The notes under the pieces: generated by a model
The model's database searches: none
Told to the model about the DNA's origin: nothing
Seen by the model: only the letters and a program-made list of their open reading frames with translations
Origin: a candidate division FCPU426 bacterium
GTDB lineage: Bacteria > Oederibacteriota > Muellerivitia > Muellerivitales > Muellerivitaceae
Reading direction: 5' to 3'
DNA length: 64,000 bases
Assembly (NCBI GenBank): GCA_963771075.1
Contig: CAVYSE010000003.1
Location: 375,863 to 439,862, forward strand
Position numbers and translations under genes: made by a program
Part shown: in pieces, positions 58,524-64,000 of the stretch
How positions within the stretch are numbered: position 1 is the stretch's first letter
Layout of the letters: every line of letters starts with the position of its first letter

Positions 58524-59444
58524 ATGACAGCTCGGAACCCAAAAATTCTGATGTACGAAGTCATTCAGGCTGTTCAGGAGCTTAATCGTATTTCTGAGAG
58601 CCTTATGGGTAATGCATATAAAGTATTCCCACAAGTTTCCATTAATTATCCAAAGTTTAAACCGGCCGAGCTTGGATTCATTCTTGTCGTTTCATGGCTT
58701 TATGTGCATTATTTTGAGACCGGTAAGGTTGGGGTAGAGTTTTTAGAATCAAAATTAGATGTTTATATTCCAGATGGTATCAGTAAATATAAAGACCATC
58801 GTAAGTTAGTTAAAATTATGAGAACTTTCCATCACCATCATCTCAATTGGCAAAGCGATCGTGACAAAAAAACTCAAGAGATTTGTGAAAGTTGGTTTAA
58901 TTCAACCTCAGCAACAAAAGTTCCGCGATATGAAAAACAGTGGCGTGATTGTCTTATTAAAATTTTGGAAGATTCTTATGGTTTCCTTTGTGAACTCATA
59001 ACTGTTTTGCGAGGAATAGAACGTGATGAGTCGCGAGAAGAGATTTGTAAACAATGGATGAGTAAGGTCGATAGAAATTTTTCGCCTAATGAAGTGGACA
59101 AAATAATTTCTATAGTGGCAAATGATATGGGAATTGATTACATAAATCCTATGAAATTCAGAACACAGTTCTACGAGCGATGGTCAAATCAAATGCGGCA
59201 GTTAAGCGAGAATTGTGATCTCCCAACAGAAGCACGTCGAATAGTGGAACACTTACTAATTACAAATGCTGTTTCTGCTTTGCCTATTACTGGCAAAGAT
59301 ATATTAAACACTTTTGAGATATCACCTGGACCTAAAGTTAGACAGTTGTTAGAAGAAGCACGGAAATCATACGATTTAAATCCATGCTCTAAAGATATTC
59401 TTTTAAATAGATTAGGCGAGATAATTAAACACACACCTCAATAA
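58524..59444 (+). CDS. HEPN-like protein with C-terminal CCA-adding-enzyme tail-like domain
   Basis: IMRTFHHH (R-x4-H) in a helical domain; LPITGKDILNTFEISPGPKVRQLLEEA. Confidence 0.6.
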   Translation: MTARNPKILMYEVIQAVQELNRISESLMGNAYKVFPQVSINYPKFKPAELGFILVVSWLYVHYFETGKVGVEFLESKLDVYIPDGISKYKDHRKLVKIMRTFHHHHLNWQSDRDKKTQEICESWFNSTSATKVPRYEKQWRDCLIKILEDSYGFLCELITVLRGIERDESREEICKQWMSKVDRNFSPNEVDKIISIVANDMGIDYINPMKFRTQFYERWSNQMRQLSENCDLPTEARRIVEHLLITNAVSALPITGKDILNTFEISPGPKVRQLLEEARKSYDLNPCSKDILLNRLGEIIKHTPQ

Positions 59445-59839
59445 ATTTTCCTCTTTTATATCCGGGATGTGTTTCCCCCGGATCCCCCAGAATCGAAAAT
59501 CTTGTAGAAAACCGAACCGGGGGCGGCTTCGCCGTTGGGGTCGGACAGCGCCTAAACGCCAGGCCGGCCGGACCTCGTTCCTCGGTAATTCCGTCCGCAC
59601 AGATGGCCTGACGTTTCCCCCAATAATGCTAAATACGAAATACGCACTTCCCCCCGGATTCGGTTTTCCATAAACGAACACCTCTTCTCACTGGGCAACC
59701 ACTTTGACCCCGTCTGGGCAGAACTTTGACCCCCCTAATTGGGAGCTTTAGCCCCTACCGATTCAGACCTTTTTCCCATCCTCGATTTGGTGTCATTACG
59801 CCCGGATTCAATTTACTGTCCTAGTTCAATTTTCTTCAA

Positions 59840-60619
59840 CTACTTTTGTGTCTCGTCCGCCTTTAGTGCTGACTTCGTGGTTCTTGACCCCATTTTCCGA
59901 GCCCGATAAGAAGCGCCCGTAATGGTCAATATGTGGGCGTGGTGCACAAGGCGGTCCATGGCCGCCGAGGCCAGAAGCGGGTCTTGGAACAAGTCCGGCC
60001 ATTCCTTCAAGTCCAGGTTGGAAGTGATCATCAGGGAACCCTTTTCGTACCGTTCGCTGATGATCTCGTAGAGGTCATCGGCGCAGGAACGGTCGAAAGG
60101 CTTCAAACCCCAGTCGTCCAGGATCAGCAGATCGGGTTTGAGGAAGCCTGACAACCGGGCTTCCCAACTGCCGTCTGCCCGTCCCGCCTGCAAGTGCCGC
60201 AACGCTTGGGAACATTTGAGGAAAAGCACGTCGAACCCCTTCCGGCAGGCCTCGTGGGCCAGGGCGGAAGCCAGGTGGGTCTTGCCCACACCCGAGGGCC
60301 CCACGAAGAAGACGTTTTCTTTTCGGGTGATGAAGTCGCCGGAAGCCAAATCCTTGACCTGCTGGCGGTTGAGGGTGGGGTTGAAGCCGTAATCGAACGA
60401 CTCCAAGGTCATGTCCATGGACGAGCCGGCTTTCTTCAACCGCCGTTGGAGCTGTAGCATGTTGCGCCGTTCCACCTCATCCAAAAGAAGCAATCCCAAA
60501 AAATCCAGGTAGCCGATTTGTTTCTCGACCGCTTCCTGGTTCCGCCTTTCCAGGGTGTCCAACACACCCGAAAGTTTCAGCCGCCTCAAGTGAGGCGCCA
60601 ACTGGTGAATCATTTCCAT
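59840..60619 (-). CDS. istB: IS21 helper ATPase IstB (element A)
   Basis: GPSGVGKT, LLILDDWG, ITSN and DRLVHHA. Confidence 0.93.
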   Translation of the reverse strand: MEMIHQLAPHLRRLKLSGVLDTLERRNQEAVEKQIGYLDFLGLLLLDEVERRNMLQLQRRLKKAGSSMDMTLESFDYGFNPTLNRQQVKDLASGDFITRKENVFFVGPSGVGKTHLASALAHEACRKGFDVLFLKCSQALRHLQAGRADGSWEARLSGFLKPDLLILDDWGLKPFDRSCADDLYEIISERYEKGSLMITSNLDLKEWPDLFQDPLLASAAMDRLVHHAHILTITGASYRARKMGSRTTKSALKADETQK

Positions 60620-60630
60620 ACGCAGCCTCC

Positions 60631-61191
60631 TTACTTCGTGTTAGCCGCCTCATTGAGGAAGTCCTCAATGGGTCTGGCGAAAGCAAAAGTCTTCTGGGCG
60701 CGTGACACTTCCACCTCACCCGCGTCTGGCTTGGGAATATCCAGTTTCTTTTGAAGGATGTTTTTGACGACTTGGTAGGTGAAGACCCCGTGGGAAGATG
60801 CCCTTTGGCAGGCGGCTTCAAGCCTTTCCCGCCCGAAAGTTCTTTTCAGCCGCAGGATGCCTTGCGCACGCCTCAAGTAGTCCAGGGGGTGGGCTTGGTT
60901 CAAGAGGTGACGAATGAATTCGTGGGTAGAAGGTCCCGTTTGTTCGGCCTCCCGCAGGCACCACTGGGGGCTTTCCTCTAAATAGGCCACTTTGGAGGGC
61001 GGATAATGGTCCCGCACGGTGGTCCTCATTCCTTTGCGATAGGTACGGATATGGGAAGCAACCACTTGGTGATCAACGAACACATCCACCATGCTGTCAG
61101 TGAGGCGCACCAGGACTCCCAGGCCGCAGAAACGGTGAGGCACCGAGTAATAGGCCCCATCCACGCTCACGTGGCAATCCGTGTGGACCTT
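60631..61191 (-). pseudogene. istA: 3' part of IS21 transposase IstA (element A), interrupted by element B
   Basis: KVHTDCHVSVDGAYYSVP..RLEAACQRA; the 5' part is replaced by the IS at 61192. Confidence 0.85.
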
Positions 61192-61502
61192 TGGGTATAC
61201 CGACGAAAAAGCGCGCCGATTCCGATCCAAAGTGCGCAGTGATTCCGCCGCAAAGTGCGCAGTTATTTGACCAGCTTAGCCGGAAGCGACAAGGGTGTGG
61301 GAATGGTGTTGCACACATTTCGGAACATGGTTCCATTCCTATGCTGTTGAGGGAATCTCCTTTCTTTTTTTGATCATACATTCTGATGTGCCTGGTGAGG
61401 AAATATTTATTCTTCACCATGCCCCGAAACTCAACTCCATCTCCGATCACCCAAAAGAAGGGCCGTTACGTGCATAAAATATTTCTCTCCCCATGACAAA
61501 AA

Positions 61503-62243
61503 TTATTTTTTCGTTCCCCGACGGGTTTTCCTCATGGACTCCCCTTTCATCGTGATCTTGTGGGAGTTGTGCACCAAACGGTCCAGGATGGCGTCGGAGA
61601 GTGTCGGGTTTCCCAAAGCTTCATGCCACTTCTCCACCGGAATTTGGGCGGATACGAGGGTGGACTTACGGTCGTAGCGGTCTTCCAGGATCTCGAACAA
61701 GGCCCTTCGTTGTTCATCCACCAATGGCATGGAAGCCCAATCGTCCAGGATCAAAAGGTCAAACTTGGCCAGGTTAGAAAGGAATTTCAAATATTTTCCC
61801 TCCACCCGGGAGATGGCCAATTCCTCGAAGAGCCTTGGAAACCTCAAATACAACACCCGATGACCTTCCCGGCAGGCCTTTTGACCAAAGGCACAAGCCA
61901 GATAACTTTTGCCTGCCCCGGTGGGTCCCACAATCAGACAGTTGTCGTGGTCTGAAATCCAACCGCAAGAAGCCAGGGACATCACTTGGCCTTTGTCCAG
62001 GCCTCGGGGTTGCTTGAAGTCCAAATCCTCCATACAAGCGTTCAAGCGCAGCTTGGCCGTACGCAGACGGCTGACGAGTCTTTTGTTCTCTCGTACCGTC
62101 ATCTCCCGGTCCACCAAAAGCCCGAGCCTTTCCTCGAAACTCAAGGATTTGCAGTTCTTGTTTTCTATTTGCTCCTTGAAAGCTTTCAGCATTCCTTCCA
62201 GGCGTAATGCGGACAACTTTTCCAACATCGGTTGAGCCAACAT
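61503..62243 (-). CDS. istB: IS21 helper ATPase IstB (element B)
   Basis: GPTGAGKS, LLILDDW and DAILDRLVH. Confidence 0.93.
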   Translation of the reverse strand: MLAQPMLEKLSALRLEGMLKAFKEQIENKNCKSLSFEERLGLLVDREMTVRENKRLVSRLRTAKLRLNACMEDLDFKQPRGLDKGQVMSLASCGWISDHDNCLIVGPTGAGKSYLACAFGQKACREGHRVLYLRFPRLFEELAISRVEGKYLKFLSNLAKFDLLILDDWASMPLVDEQRRALFEILEDRYDRKSTLVSAQIPVEKWHEALGNPTLSDAILDRLVHNSHKITMKGESMRKTRRGTKK

Positions 62244-62253
62244 ATAGTCTCCT

Positions 62254-63801
62254 TTAGTTTTGAGTTTGGTAATACTGCGCGCCTCGGACAAACTCATGTT
62301 CCAAGGCGGGTAATACCGGCTGCTCTTCTACCAATGGCTTTTGATCCAATCCCGATTGGAGAATGGCATGGATCTGACGCAACTTGGGATCAGCCAGTTT
62401 CGAAACTCTCCGACAAGCCGCTTCCAGGCGATCGGGCCCATAGGTTTTTCCCAAGCGCATGATCCCCAAACAGGGCCTAAACCCCTGTTGAGGATGCACA
62501 TGGTTGGACAATATCTTTTCAACTACCGCCTTCGTGGCTTCCCCTGATTGGGCGGCCCATTGGGCCAATCTCACGGGCGTCCATTCGGCATATTCCCTGT
62601 GGTTTTGAGGCATATGTTCCACCAGCGTGGTGTAGCCGTAATCGACGAAGGATCGAACGTGGCTGGCCACCCTCTGGCCTTTGTGGAAAATCTCCACCAC
62701 CGCGCTTGTGACCCTCGCTTCCAACTGCTGGTGTGCCAGTTGATAGGGCGCGCTGTAGTAGTGTTTTTTCAGCTCAACGTGGTAGTCAATGTTCACACGC
62801 ACCTTTTTCCATTCAGCAAACTCGTAAGGGTATTGGGGAAGGGGCTTTAATGCTGGTTTTTCAAGGGTTTCAAACTGTTGGAGACGGCTTCCCGGCAGTT
62901 TTTGGAAAGGCTTTTCGTTGTAGTCCTTCAGGCGTTCCCAGAGGGCCTCATTGAGTTCATGCAGGGAGAAAAAGGTACGGTTTCGCAAAGCCGCCAGAAT
63001 CCATCTTTCCGCCACCTGGACCCCCGATTCCACCTTGGCCTTATCCCGGGGTTTGAGGGGTCGGGCTGGAAGAATCGCCGCTTGGTAATGCCGAGCCATT
63101 TCCTGATAGGTAGCGTTCAGGGTGGGTTGTAGCGGTGGGCCAACACGACTCCACTTTTGAGATTATCTGGAATTAACAGTTCACTGGTTCCGCCAAAAAA
63201 TTCAAATGCCCTGACATGGGAAGCGATCCAATTAGGCAACTCTTGGGTCCAGGTGGCTTCCACGTAGGTGTAGCTGCTGGCCCCCAAGACCGCCACGAAG
63301 ATCTGGGCTTGTTTCACTTCGCCGGTTTTCGATCCACTACTCCCATCGTCATTCCGGCATAATCCACGAACATCTTTTCCCCGGCCTTGTGAGACTGTCT
63401 CATCACCACGTCCAAGGTTTTTGCCCAGGCACGGTAAAGATCGCAGAATCGACTGTATCCATATCCTTGGGAATTGGCTTGGCTGTATTCGCTCCACAAA
63501 AGCATGAGCGTCACGCCTTTTCTCTGAAGTTCCTGGTGAATCCAGGAAAAGTCCGGAAGAGTTCGATTCTCGGTGGGAATACAGGGGTAGGAGGAAAAAG
63601 CTGTTTTTCCAGCATTTCATCCGTTAAATCTTCCGGCAATGGCCAGCTCAGGCGGCAAGCGTTCAACTTCTTGAGATATCCCCTCACTGCGGTGGGACTT
63701 ATTCCACAGGATTGGGCTATCGCCCGATGACTTAACTTCTGCTCAAACCTTAACCTCAATACTTCTCGAATTTGACGCATGGGGATTTTTTCCCTCGGCA
63801 T
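62254..63801 (-). pseudogene. istA: IS21 transposase IstA (element B), split by about three frameshifts
   Basis: Successive frames: MRQIREVLRL / [15 protein letters not shown] / [18 protein letters not shown] / PRDKAKVE. Confidence 0.85.
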
Positions 63802-64000
63802 GGGCCCTCCTCCTGATGGATTCAAAAGGAAGCACCATACCAACTAACAGGAATTCACCCTGCGTCGCTTTCACCGAAAAGCTTCTCCCGAAACAACGTG
63901 CCAAAGTTGCGCACTTTGCGTCGGAATCACTGCGCACATTCGATCGGAATCGGTGCGCACTTTAAATCGGAATCAATGGGCACTTTGACTCGGAATACCC

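Larger units (their letters stand above)
61192..64000 (-). mobile_element. IS21-family element B (IS408/IS1162-like), nearly complete
   Basis: Left end TGGGTATACCG; right end CGGAATACCC at the window edge; multiple subterminal GATTCCG-N4-AAAGTGCGCA repeats at both ends. Confidence 0.88.

Noticed and set aside
61308..61316. GTTGCACAC as an eighth array repeat
   Set aside because: Only the first 9 bases match, and it lies inside IS21 element B.

Overview
Bacterial chromosomal window made of a GC-rich backbone interleaved with AT-rich accessory DNA. (1) 1-6.8 kb: host genes (RNase II/RNB, two tandem HtrA/DegP-like proteases, a pilin-like gene, a TMTC-like TPR membrane protein). (2) 7.25-22.9 kb: an integrative element next to a tRNA-Asp 3' fragment. 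It carries a tyrosine integrase, an excisionase-like gene, two SpoVG-like genes, a TPR-GGDEF gene and a VirB8/B4/B3/B6/B2-like cluster with a thrice-repeated two-hairpin motif. It is cut off by IS66. (3) 25.5-35 kb: host genes (ald, glycosyltransferases, serC, D-Ala-D-Ala dipeptidase) plus a helically phased GGTA array. (4) 35.0-38.4 kb, the most unusual feature: seven direct copies of a 37-bp CRISPR-like repeat separated by 94-899 bp 'spacers' that are broken pieces of phage-like, IS1380 and toxin/immunity-like DNA. No cas gene is recognisable in the window. (5) 38.4-48.3 kb: an accessory/defence island (SPFH-NfeD, nuclease-like genes, SRAP, AbiTii, gene remnants), then a second IS66. (6) 51.3-59.4 kb: an AT-rich three-gene putative defence operon (DHH-CorA fusion split by IS256; SIR2-like/STAND NTPase/TPR/OB protein; HEPN-like protein with a CCA-enzyme tail). 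(7) Nested IS21 elements to the window end. All protein calls come from motif recognition by eye; no database searches were run.
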